From Acidobacteriota bacterium (lineage in GTDB: Bacteria; Acidobacteriota; UBA6911; RPQK01; JAJDTT01): a stretch of 64,000 bases of DNA. Positions within the stretch are counted from its first letter, which is position 1. Each line of letters starts with the position of its first letter. Below the pieces are notes generated by a model. That model did not search any database. It had not been told where the DNA came from and saw only the letters and a list, made by a program, of their open reading frames with translations. The position numbers and the translations under genes were made by a program. Below are positions 39,509 through 48,208 of the stretch, in pieces. The stretch is from the NCBI GenBank assembly GCA_965209055.1, contig OZ242374.1, positions 4,352,001 through 4,416,000 of the forward strand. Direction: 5' to 3'.

Positions 39509-41146
39509 TCAACTCTGTGGAACCGAATCCAATTGCGCCGGCATGGCCTGGAACAGACATCCTTCCACAAAAATATCGAAGAAGTCCTCGGTCGTCTCCA
39601 ACTCGATGTGTTCAACTCGCCTGACCATTTCCTCGAGGCGGCGCCTGAGCGTCCGGCTGGTCAACATGAGCGTGGCTCCCTCGAGCGCGCTGTTCCCCAC
39701 CTTGGCGATGCGGCCTTGGGGAAGGGGTGGGATAAACCCGATGGACATGGCGTTGTCCACGTTGACGTAATTGGCGAAGCCCCCCGCCAGGTAGAGCCGC
39801 TTGAGCTGAGCCGGCGAGATCCCGTACTTCCTCAAAACGATCCACTGACCCGAGTAATTGGCGGCCTTCGCCTGTGCCAGGGCGCTGATGTCGGCCCGGG
39901 ACAGGAAAATCCCGCGTTCGCCCGGAATGGTGAACCGGTCCAGTCCACCGGCAAGAACACCCAGGTAGTTCATGTCCTCGACCCGAAGCAACTCCGCCAG
40001 GAGATCGATCAATCCTGAACCGCAGATCCCCTCCGGAGCGGCTCCGCCGATGGTCCTCCAGATCACCTCTCCGTTCCGGAGTTCCACCGACTCGATGGCG
40101 CCTTCGTATCCGGGCATGCCGAAGGTGATCTCACCACCTTCAAATGCGGGTCCCGCCGGGCAGGAAGCGGCCATCATCCCATGGCGGTTGCCGACCACTA
40201 CTTCGGTGTTGGTCCCCACGTCGACCAGCATGACCACGTCTTCTTCCTGGTCCATCCCCACGGCCAGAAGGTCTGCGGCCACGTCGGCGCCGACATGGCA
40301 ACCGATCAACGGCCCCCCGTAGAGGTTGGCCGCGGGATGGACTCTCAGCCCCAGGTCCCGGGCCTGGAAATTCAGGACGGTGTCGGCTCTTTCGCCCCGT
40401 TCCATTTCCAGTTGGGTGGCCGATTGGTACGGTTTTTCGCCGATGGATTGGATGTCGAGGCCGAAAAACAGGTCACGCATGGCGGCGTTCCCCACGATGA
40501 CGACCTCGTAGATCTGGCGCCGCGGCACCCCCGTCAATCGGCTCAGCTCCCGGATCTCGTAGTTGAGCCCGGAAATCACCGAGCTATGAAGCTCCCCCCG
40601 GTAGGGTCCGCCATCATAGGAAATCCGGCGCATGATGTCGCTTCCGCCGAATCTCTGCGGGTTTTCGAACGAGGCGGTGTGAAGGACCACGCCGTTTTCA
40701 AGATCCACTAGATTGAGGGCGACGGTCGTCGTCCCCAAGTCGACCGCAAGGCCGTAGATCCCGCCCCGGTAGGTATCGATGGTACTGCCGTCAAAAACGA
40801 CATTCGCCCCTTGGAGCCGCGTCAGGGGCTCGACGGGGGCATGACGGCGGACCGTTTGGGTCAGGATCCGCGGACGTCGGCGCAGCAGGGCAAATTCGAT
40901 GGTGGCGTCGGCATCCAGGACCTGAGCCTGACAGGCCAGGCGATAGCCCTCACGGAGAAACTCCTCCGTCTGGGTGGCGGCGGTCAGCGCTTCCCCGCCC
41001 CGGACGATCTGCACGATGCACTCGTGACACTCTCCGCTCCGGCGGCAGGAGGTGGGGACCCGCACCTGAAGGTCATCGGCGTAGTCGAATACGGTCCTGC
41101 CGGGGACCAGATCCAGCTTGCGGTCACCGTAGTGGAGGGGGGACAT
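39509..41146 (-). CDS. ATP-dependent reductive activator of corrinoid proteins (RACo/RamA-like; 2Fe-2S + ASKHA/DUF4445)
   Basis: N-terminal CRRSGECHEC...RLACQ, AVDLGTTT, NPQRFGGSDI, DVGTNTE, AGPAFEG, GICGSG, LAGGF. Confidence 0.9.
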   Translation of the reverse strand: MSPLHYGDRKLDLVPGRTVFDYADDLQVRVPTSCRRSGECHECIVQIVRGGEALTAATQTEEFLREGYRLACQAQVLDADATIEFALLRRRPRILTQTVRRHAPVEPLTRLQGANVVFDGSTIDTYRGGIYGLAVDLGTTTVALNLVDLENGVVLHTASFENPQRFGGSDIMRRISYDGGPYRGELHSSVISGLNYEIRELSRLTGVPRRQIYEVVIVGNAAMRDLFFGLDIQSIGEKPYQSATQLEMERGERADTVLNFQARDLGLRVHPAANLYGGPLIGCHVGADVAADLLAVGMDQEEDVVMLVDVGTNTEVVVGNRHGMMAASCPAGPAFEGGEITFGMPGYEGAIESVELRNGEVIWRTIGGAAPEGICGSGLIDLLAELLRVEDMNYLGVLAGGLDRFTIPGERGIFLSRADISALAQAKAANYSGQWIVLRKYGISPAQLKRLYLAGGFANYVNVDNAMSIGFIPPLPQGRIAKVGNSALEGATLMLTSRTLRRRLEEMVRRVEHIELETTEDFFDIFVEGCLFQAMPAQLDSVPQS

Positions 41147-41260
41147 GGCAGCGCAATTTCCCGCGCCAGCGCGACGCGGGCGCGATGGCAGGTTCCTTTA
41201 GAGAAAATGGTCGCGGAATCCGGTCAGCCAGCAGCGTGTGGTCCGAATCGCCACCGGCTG

Positions 41261-41527
41261 CTAGGTTTCCCAGGCATCCCGATAGTTCAGATCGTCGCTT
41301 CCGGTGCAGAGAGGCAACCCTTCGGAACCGGGACGCCGGAACTGGTTTCGGCAACCGAAACGGGCGGTGCAGCGATCTCGGGCATCCTTGTAGGGACACC
41401 GCCATTTGGATACGAGGTTGGCCGTTTCGCCGATCTGCCGGTAGATCTCCCAGAGGCGATCCATGCTGGCTTTGAGTTTCGCCTTGTCGACAGGTCGGAA
41501 GTTCCGGGGCACGTCTGTTCGCGACAC
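41261..41527 (-). CDS. Small 4-Cys hypothetical protein (~88 aa) in the methyl-transfer cluster
   Basis: Fills the gap between the corrinoid and RACo genes on the same strand; WRCPYKDARDRCTARFGCRNQ...LCTGSDDLNY. Confidence 0.7.
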   Translation of the reverse strand: MSRTDVPRNFRPVDKAKLKASMDRLWEIYRQIGETANLVSKWRCPYKDARDRCTARFGCRNQFRRPGSEGLPLCTGSDDLNYRDAWET

Positions 41528-41558
41528 TGGCCTGCATCCGTCGGGGAGGCGCCTCAAC

Positions 41559-42326
41559 TCAAGAATAGTCGGAGACGGCTTGCTGCGGCGTTTCCTGCCC
41601 GGTACCCACAAATTCCTTGGCCTTTTCCACACAGGCAATGGCGTCCTTGCCATAGCCGTCGGCCCCCATGTCGTCAGCGAACTCCTGGGTCACCGGAGCT
41701 CCACCCACCATGGTGCTGACGACATCTGTCAGACCCGCATCTTCCAAGGCCTGGATGGTCCGTCCCATGTTGGGCATGGTCGTCGTCAAAAGGGCGGACA
41801 TCCCGATGACCTGGGGTTCGAATTCGAACACCGCATCGACAAACTCGTCCGGCTTGGTATCGACGCCCAGGTCGTGCACGACGAAACCGGCTCCCCGGAG
41901 CATCATGATGCACAGATTCTTTCCGATATCGTGGAGGTCTCCCTTGACGGTTCCCATGACCACGGTGCCCACGGGTGGAATATCGGAAGCGGAAAGGATG
42001 GGCTCGATATGCGCCATACCGGCCTTCATGGCCCGGGCTGATATCAGCACCTCCGGAACGAAGATGATGTTGTCCCGGAATTTGATCCCCACCAGGGCCA
42101 TGCCGGCAATCAGCCCGTCATCCAAAACCGTATTGGCGGCGTACCCAGTGTCCAGAGCCTCTCTCGTCAGGCGGTCGACTTCGTGCTGGTTGCCGGTGAT
42201 CAGGGCGTAACTGATGTCCTGCATCAATGGATCGGCGTTCCGGAAGAGCGATTTGATGTGCTCTCGCTCGTTCCGGCGAGCCACGTGCCGGAGTTCCCTG
42301 GTCAGGCCCTCGTTGATCTGCGACAT
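41559..42326 (-). CDS. Corrinoid (B12-binding) methyl-carrier protein, MtaC/MtbC-like
   Basis: GTVKGDLHDIGKNL (DxHxxG), SALLTTT, GGAPV, cap domain FVPEVL. Confidence 0.93.
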   Translation of the reverse strand: MSQINEGLTRELRHVARRNEREHIKSLFRNADPLMQDISYALITGNQHEVDRLTREALDTGYAANTVLDDGLIAGMALVGIKFRDNIIFVPEVLISARAMKAGMAHIEPILSASDIPPVGTVVMGTVKGDLHDIGKNLCIMMLRGAGFVVHDLGVDTKPDEFVDAVFEFEPQVIGMSALLTTTMPNMGRTIQALEDAGLTDVVSTMVGGAPVTQEFADDMGADGYGKDAIACVEKAKEFVGTGQETPQQAVSDYS

Positions 42327-42441
42327 GCCGCTATTACCACCCAATCACTGAATTTGACAGACGCCAAGGCGCACTAAGGGGGAAATTAAACCTTTTCGGG
42401 TCGAGGTTTGTCAAACCTGCTACCGAACGGGACAGGGGTCG

Positions 42442-43488
42442 TCACGGCCCGGTCAACCGGCCATCCCGCCACGCCTGAATGTAGTTCATGCAGAAATCGT
42501 CCCGGCCCAGAAGCATGTCGCGGGCCAGGCCGACTCCCTCCGAATCCAGGTCCAGGGCGAACACGTCCTGGACGCGATTCTGGACCGGATCCATGATGGC
42601 GGCGTCGATTCCGGCCTCCAGACTCAGGTGAATGAAAGTGGCGTTGATCAGTTTCCGGTTGGGAAGACCGAAGGAGACGTTGCTCAACCCGCCCGTGACG
42701 TGCACGTCATTGCCGAAACTCGTTCGGACCTCCCGGACGGCATCCAGAAAATGACGTCCAAAGTCGCGCGAGACCGATATCGGGAAGACCAGGCAATCGA
42801 TGAATACGTCGTCCAGAGGGAATCCCCGTTTGACAGCCGCCTCCATGACCTGTTCCACGTTGGAGACACGATCGTCCGCGCTCTCCGGCATTCCGTCCTT
42901 TCCGGCGGCCGTCACGATCATGCGGGCATCGTTTTCCTGGACCAGATCCAGGGTCTCCAGCCGTTCCAGAGCGACGGAATTGACCAGTGGGCGGTCCGAT
43001 CTCCGGGTGTGCGCAGTCAATCCCGTGGCGATTATTTCCGCGTTGGAAGAATCGATGCTGAGAGGCAGGTCCGTCATTCCCTGCACTCTCTCCACGAGCC
43101 AGGTCATGGCTCGCTTCTGGACCTTGATGTCGTAGGAGACTTCGTCGACGTTCAGATCCAGAAAATGGGCGCCGGCGGTTTCCTGGCGGCGAACCTCGAA
43201 TTCGATGTAGGCGCTCCCCTCTTCCTCCTCCACGGGATCGCCACTGATCCCCTTCTGGACCGCGATCATGAAATGCTTGATCTGACCCTGCTCGTAGGGT
43301 TGAGTCTTCTTGGCGCTCTCCGGCACCCGGAGGTATCGGCGCTCACCGGGACTGGGGTCGAAAAAGACGGCTTCGGCTCCGTCGGGCGTCGTCGCAGTCC
43401 TTATGCCATTCCGCAAAACGATGCGAGTGGTATGGATATTTTCGCCGATGATGATCAGATCGCCGGAGTCAGTCACGAGCTTTGACAT
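42442..43488 (-). CDS. Pterin-binding methyltetrahydrofolate:corrinoid methyltransferase (AcsE/MeTr-like)
   Basis: IIIGENI, GAHFLDLN, PLSIDS, VNSV, GGLSNVSFGLP, AAIMDP. Confidence 0.87.
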   Translation of the reverse strand: MSKLVTDSGDLIIIGENIHTTRIVLRNGIRTATTPDGAEAVFFDPSPGERRYLRVPESAKKTQPYEQGQIKHFMIAVQKGISGDPVEEEEGSAYIEFEVRRQETAGAHFLDLNVDEVSYDIKVQKRAMTWLVERVQGMTDLPLSIDSSNAEIIATGLTAHTRRSDRPLVNSVALERLETLDLVQENDARMIVTAAGKDGMPESADDRVSNVEQVMEAAVKRGFPLDDVFIDCLVFPISVSRDFGRHFLDAVREVRTSFGNDVHVTGGLSNVSFGLPNRKLINATFIHLSLEAGIDAAIMDPVQNRVQDVFALDLDSEGVGLARDMLLGRDDFCMNYIQAWRDGRLTGP

Positions 43489-43508
43489 GGAATACCCGAT
43501 TGGGCGCG

Positions 43509-44546
43509 TCAGGCGTAGTGGTCCCGGCACCAGTCCTTGACCGCCCTCGGAATTTCGATGAGGTTTTCCAGTTTGGTCGCCAGGGGAATGGCACACTCGG
43601 GGGAGATCATGTCGACGCCCGCCGCCATGCATTCGTTGACGGCCGCTCGGACCTCCTCCGGACTCCGGCTGTAGAGGAGTTCCGGGTTGTTCAGATTCCC
43701 CACCAGGCGGATCCGCCCGGAAGCGATCTTCATGGCTTCGGCAGGGTTGTTTTTGGAATCGAAGTGGAAGCAGGCCAAACCGGACTGTGCGATGTATTCG
43801 AGGCGGTCCAGCGTCTGGCCGCAGATGTGGAGAATGAGCGGGCACGGGATTCGCTCACGCATCTCCTTGTGGATCTCCAACAGGAACCTGCGGTAATACT
43901 CACCGCTCACCAGGTCGCCCGTGGCATGATCCGGAAAGGTGAGCGCATCGGCGCCGGCTTCGATCTGGGCAACGGAGAACGCAACCGAGATTTCCTTGAG
44001 CCGATCCAGGCAGAGCATGGTCATTCCCGGATCGTCGATGCTCATGAGCAGAAACTTTTCCACGCCGAAGACGTGATAGGCCAGCGTCCATGGCCCCATG
44101 GCCTTGCCGATGATGGCCACCTCGTCTCCATACTCCTTTTTCAGGATTCGGAGCGCGTCCAGGACACACATGTTGTCCGGATGAGTCAGGAAGTCCTTCG
44201 GCATGTGGATGTCGTCCGGCCCCGACCAGATCGGTTGGTTCATCCGTACCGTGGGCCAGTTGTCCTTGACCTCCCATTGCATGTCGCATCCCAGGGCGGA
44301 AGACTCCTGGATAATGGTGAAAACGGGCATGATGCAGTCGTAGCCCAACTCAGTGTATCCCGTTGCCGCCAGGCGCGCGTTGAGCTCGGCGTCACGGCAC
44401 GCATCCGGAAACGGCGCGTCCACCAGATCCATGAGTTCCACGGTGGCGACGTTGGTCGGATTGCAGACCGGCGGACGATCCACCGGCTTGCCGGCCAGCG
44501 CGTTCATCACCCGCTCTCTACCGGTCATGGTCTCCACGAAAGGCAT
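43509..44546 (-). CDS. MtaA/CmuA-family methyltransferase (URO-D fold)
   Basis: MTGRERV..AL.G.PVDRPPV, GPWTLA, AQIEAGAD, Zn-ligand motif ILHICG...SPEC, LVGNL. Confidence 0.88.
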   Translation of the reverse strand: MPFVETMTGRERVMNALAGKPVDRPPVCNPTNVATVELMDLVDAPFPDACRDAELNARLAATGYTELGYDCIMPVFTIIQESSALGCDMQWEVKDNWPTVRMNQPIWSGPDDIHMPKDFLTHPDNMCVLDALRILKKEYGDEVAIIGKAMGPWTLAYHVFGVEKFLLMSIDDPGMTMLCLDRLKEISVAFSVAQIEAGADALTFPDHATGDLVSGEYYRRFLLEIHKEMRERIPCPLILHICGQTLDRLEYIAQSGLACFHFDSKNNPAEAMKIASGRIRLVGNLNNPELLYSRSPEEVRAAVNECMAAGVDMISPECAIPLATKLENLIEIPRAVKDWCRDHYA

Positions 44547-44564
44547 ACCGTTTACTCCTTGCGA

Positions 44565-45239
44565 TCAAAGAGGGCTGAAGCCCGCGGTTCCGGTGGTGAG
44601 CTGACCTCTTTGGGCCGAACTCTCCAACATGTTCTCCACGGCGCTGATGTTTCGGGAGTAGGGGAACAGGAGCCGAACCAACGGTTCATGACGGTATCCA
44701 CAACTGAAGGCGACACCGAAGTTTCCCACTTGCTCCATCTCGCCGTACTTTCGAAATCCCATCACGATGGCACGCAGGCGAAAAGGAGCGTTGCGCGCCT
44801 CCCCTTGAGCCGAGATCTGGTAGACCCAACGATTCTCGGAATAATGCGGCGTGAGCTTCAGGGTCAAGGGACTCCGAGTATCCTTAAGCACCATCTCACC
44901 CGTGGGATGAGCATAGTCGGGAGGCTTTTCAACGGCTTGCGGCATCAGAAACTTCATTGGCCGGAAATGGAGTAGTCCGCAGGGGAATCGAACCTGGTTC
45001 CTGGTGCCTTCGACAGCATCCAATCCACCCAGATTGCAAAGTTGGTCGCGGATTCTCTCGATCCGGTCCTCGACGCCCAGCTTCCTGCTGTAGGTCCAGA
45101 CGGTAAAGATACCGTCTTTCTCATAGAGTCCGACGGTGATGTTGTGGAAATGCGGATCCATGGGAACCAGCTCGACACAGCGCCCATAGCGCTCGATCGT
45201 CTCCTCGACGTGGGAAAGCTCGCCGTTCGTGCCCCTCAT
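44565..45239 (-). CDS. Hypothetical protein with two FxCGxxH motifs
   Basis: 224-aa ORF coupled (ATGA) to the upstream gene; FPCGLLH and FSCGYRH. Confidence 0.8.
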   Translation of the reverse strand: MRGTNGELSHVEETIERYGRCVELVPMDPHFHNITVGLYEKDGIFTVWTYSRKLGVEDRIERIRDQLCNLGGLDAVEGTRNQVRFPCGLLHFRPMKFLMPQAVEKPPDYAHPTGEMVLKDTRSPLTLKLTPHYSENRWVYQISAQGEARNAPFRLRAIVMGFRKYGEMEQVGNFGVAFSCGYRHEPLVRLLFPYSRNISAVENMLESSAQRGQLTTGTAGFSPL

Positions 45240-45613
45240 GACGAAATACTCCCGGAGGGTTCGGATGATGAATCCTCACTGATCCAACGCTCCAGCGCAC
45301 CGGGACGCTCATCCCGCTGACCTGCACGGTGAAGCCGGCAAATCCGGGCCGCCAGATCTTCAGGAAGTCCCCGATTGAATCTCCCGGCCATGTCTTGAGC
45401 CAGGCGCCGGGGATTTCCAGTGGCGCGCCCGTGATCCAGCCACTCCCAGCCCTCCAGATAGGCGTCGCTCCCCATGCTCCCCTCGAACATGGCGACGGCG
45501 TCCACCGCCTCCTGGAACCGGTGGTCCAGCATCTCGGAAACCCGATCGCCGCCGGCTTCGACTTGGACCTGAACCGGGATCTCTTTCCAATACAGCACTC
45601 GGATTCTGGCCAC
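45236..45613 (-). CDS. 'Virulence factor' domain protein (Virulence_fact-like), typical neighbour of corrinoid methyltransferase genes
   Basis: RVLYWKEIPVQV, RFQEAVDAVAM, DAYLEGW; AGGAG RBS before GTG 45613. Confidence 0.8.
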   Translation of the reverse strand: MARIRVLYWKEIPVQVQVEAGGDRVSEMLDHRFQEAVDAVAMFEGSMGSDAYLEGWEWLDHGRATGNPRRLAQDMAGRFNRGLPEDLAARICRLHRAGQRDERPGALERWISEDSSSEPSGSISS

Positions 45614-45818
45614 GGTTTCCGCTCCTGCGAGAGATGATCCGGAGTCGACTGTCGCCACCCGCCGGGAATGTCAGGCTACACCAGTGCCAGACACCCTGTA
45701 AAGCCCGTCACAACTGGCAAATCCCGGTTCCAGGCCGTGGACGGAGGAGAGTCGCAAAGTCTCGGATACGCCCATCCCCTTCTTGACTTGGTCCGAGCCA
45801 CTTCCGCAAAATGTGGAC

Positions 45819-46676
45819 ATGGATGTCTACGAGGAGATCGTCCGTCTCCGGCGCGAGGGCAGCTCGGGCGCACTGGCGACCATCGTTCGCCGCTTGGGGA
45901 GCACTCCCCGCAAAGACCATGCCAAAATGCTGGTCCGCCAGGATGGCAGCTTTGTGGGCACGGTGGGCGGTGGCTGTGTCGAGGCCGAGGTCTGGCGGCA
46001 TGCCAACCAGGTCATGGAGAGTGGCCGGGCCACTCTGGTCAAATACGAATTGACCCAGGAAGACACGGAAAACGAAGGTCTGGTCTGCGGTGGCACCGTG
46101 GAGATCTTCATCGAGCCCGTGATCCCCGAGCCCACTTTGATCCTCATGGGCGCCGGCCATTTGGGACAGGCCATCGCCGAGGCCGCCGAACGGGTCGGCT
46201 TTCAGGTCGTTGTCCTGGATGACCGGGAGTCATTCGCCAATCGAGAGCGTTTCCCCCGGGCCCAGGAGGTGATCGTGGACTCCTTCCGGACGGGCCTCTC
46301 GCAAACATCCGTCACCGTCAACACCTTCATCCTGGTCATCACGCGCGGTCACAGCCATGATCATGCGGCCTTGGAACAGGCCATCCGGACCGACGCCCGA
46401 TACGTGGGACTGGTGGGGAGCCGCCGCAAGATCCAGTTGATCGTAGAGCACTTGCTTGAGCAAGGGTATGACCCCGACCGGTTCAAGAGGCTCTACGCCC
46501 CCATCGGCCTGGCCATCGGGTCCGAGACGCCGGAGGAGATCGCCATCAGCGTCGTGGCTGAATTGATCGCCATCCGAAAGGGCGTTCATGAACGAAATCA
46601 CAAGCAGCGTTTCGTTCAGAAAATCCTGGACCGGGCCAGAATGAAGTCCGCTCCGGTCCGGGTCGCCGCCGGGTAA
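45819..46676 (+). CDS. XdhC/CoxI-family molybdoenzyme maturation protein
   Basis: GSTPRK, GTVGGGCVE, VCGG, GAGH, TRGH, YVGLVGSRRK, APIGL, TPEEIAIS. Confidence 0.9.
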   Translation: MDVYEEIVRLRREGSSGALATIVRRLGSTPRKDHAKMLVRQDGSFVGTVGGGCVEAEVWRHANQVMESGRATLVKYELTQEDTENEGLVCGGTVEIFIEPVIPEPTLILMGAGHLGQAIAEAAERVGFQVVVLDDRESFANRERFPRAQEVIVDSFRTGLSQTSVTVNTFILVITRGHSHDHAALEQAIRTDARYVGLVGSRRKIQLIVEHLLEQGYDPDRFKRLYAPIGLAIGSETPEEIAISVVAELIAIRKGVHERNHKQRFVQKILDRARMKSAPVRVAAG

Positions 46677-46694
46677 CCGGCTCCGCGTCCTCCC

Positions 46695-47363
46695 CTACCC
46701 GGAACCGGAATCCTCCGCCAGCAAGCGGAGTATCTTCTCGTCCATCGCGCCCTTCCTCACGATCCGGGGCGCCTCTTCGCACAGATCCAGGACCGACGAA
46801 GGCGCCGACTCCGGAAGTGTGCCCGCGTCCAGAAACAGATCGACGCTGGGCCCGAAGAGGGCTTCCAACCGGGATCCGGATTCCGGGGCCGGCTGTCCCG
46901 AGAGATTGGCACTGGTGGAAACGATGGGAACGGCGAGGCGTTCCAGCCACAGCCGGAGGAAAGGCAGGCTGGGACAACGGATCCCGACCTTGCCCTGGTT
47001 TCCGGTGACGGGCGCCGGGACCGTAGACGCAGCCGGCACCAGGAAGGTGACCGGTCCGGGCCAAAGTCGATCCGCCAGGCGTTGAAACTGTCGCGGCAAT
47101 CCGTCGGTGAGTCGTTCGGCCGCCTCCAGGTCTGGAATCAAGAGCAACAGACCCTTGTCGGCAGTCCGGCGTTTCAGTTGCAGGATCTTCTCGAGAGCTG
47201 GCTTGCACAATCCGTGGCAACCGATTCCGTAAACGGTATCGGTGGGATAGATGAGGACTTCCCCGCGATGGACCGCCCGGGATGCCACCTCGACGATGGC
47301 CGGATCGGGCCGGTGAAGATCGACCTCCAACCTTCTTCTCCAACCTTTACCAACGTCCTTCAT
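46695..47363 (-). CDS. tsaC: L-threonylcarbamoyladenylate synthase (TsaC/Sua5/YrdC)
   Basis: YPTDTVYGIGC, KRR..DK, WPGPVT, STSANLSG. Confidence 0.9.
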   Translation of the reverse strand: MKDVGKGWRRRLEVDLHRPDPAIVEVASRAVHRGEVLIYPTDTVYGIGCHGLCKPALEKILQLKRRTADKGLLLLIPDLEAAERLTDGLPRQFQRLADRLWPGPVTFLVPAASTVPAPVTGNQGKVGIRCPSLPFLRLWLERLAVPIVSTSANLSGQPAPESGSRLEALFGPSVDLFLDAGTLPESAPSSVLDLCEEAPRIVRKGAMDEKILRLLAEDSGSG

Positions 47364-47434
47364 CTGTCCGCACCCTACCCCGGCCGGTTGGACCACGGGA
47401 CGACCCTCGCCACAGGCTGCTAGAATACCACCCG

Positions 47435-48208
47435 GTGTCCACTTCTCCGGAGGTGATCCGAAGCCGGTCCAACCGGCGATTTCAACGGCTGCGCAAGTTG
47501 GCGGCCAGTTGCGCCTCCTCCGATTGTCCCTGGGCCATGGTGGAGGGATGGAAACAGGTTTCGGATCTTTCCAGAACTCTTGAAATCGAAGTCCTCCTCT
47601 ACTCTCAGGACAGCGATATCCGGCTGGCCAGGCTGAGGCGCCAGAGCCGAACCTTCTTTCATCTTTCCGAGCCATTGTTCCAAGCGCTCTCCCACGTGGA
47701 AAATCCCCAGGGAGTCGCCGCGTTCTTTCCAAAACGAAAATGGCATTGGTCCGATTTGGGGCCCTACGTCCTCTACGCTCACAAGATCCAGGATCCGGGC
47801 AACCTGGGAACGCTGCTGAGAACGGCCGAGTCAACGGGACTGTTCACGTTGGTGACCTCTCCCGGTAGCGTCGCTTGCTATGGCGCCAAGACGGTCCGGG
47901 CTTCGGTGGGAGCGGCCCTGCGCCTGCCGTTGCTGGAGGCGATACCGTGGAAATCGTTCAGATCGAAAGGTTTCCAGCTCTGGGCCACCACCCATCTGGG
48001 CGGCACCTCGTTGTTTCAGGCTCGCTTCCGTCCCCCACTTGCAGTTCTTGTCGGGAACGAAGGCAACGGGCTTCCAGGCCGAATCATGGACGAAGCGGAC
48101 CATCACCTGCACATCCCGATGGGGTCCGGTGCGGGGAGCCTGAACGCCGCCGTCGCCGGCTCTCTCGCCCTCTACGAAGTCTTTCGGCGGGAGCGTGGAC
48201 ATGAATGA
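47435..48208 (+). CDS. TrmH/SpoU-family RNA methyltransferase
   Basis: IQDPGNLGTLLRTA, GNEGNG, IPM...SLNAAVAG. Confidence 0.88.
   Translation: MSTSPEVIRSRSNRRFQRLRKLAASCASSDCPWAMVEGWKQVSDLSRTLEIEVLLYSQDSDIRLARLRRQSRTFFHLSEPLFQALSHVENPQGVAAFFPKRKWHWSDLGPYVLYAHKIQDPGNLGTLLRTAESTGLFTLVTSPGSVACYGAKTVRASVGAALRLPLLEAIPWKSFRSKGFQLWATTHLGGTSLFQARFRPPLAVLVGNEGNGLPGRIMDEADHHLHIPMGSGAGSLNAAVAGSLALYEVFRRERGHE

Noticed and set aside
38093-43488. Wood-Ljungdahl (acetogenesis) cluster
   Set aside because: No CODH/ACS or corrinoid Fe-S protein (AcsC/D) genes in the window; the corrinoid protein is the DxHxxG MtaC type.
45236-45613. 'Virulence factor' gene as evidence of pathogenicity
   Set aside because: The family name is historical; the context here is methyl-transfer metabolism.
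45614-45818. Cobalamin or SAM riboswitch upstream of the methyl-transfer cluster
   Set aside because: No B12-box or SAM-I core motifs were recognised on the minus strand; an Rfam scan would settle it.
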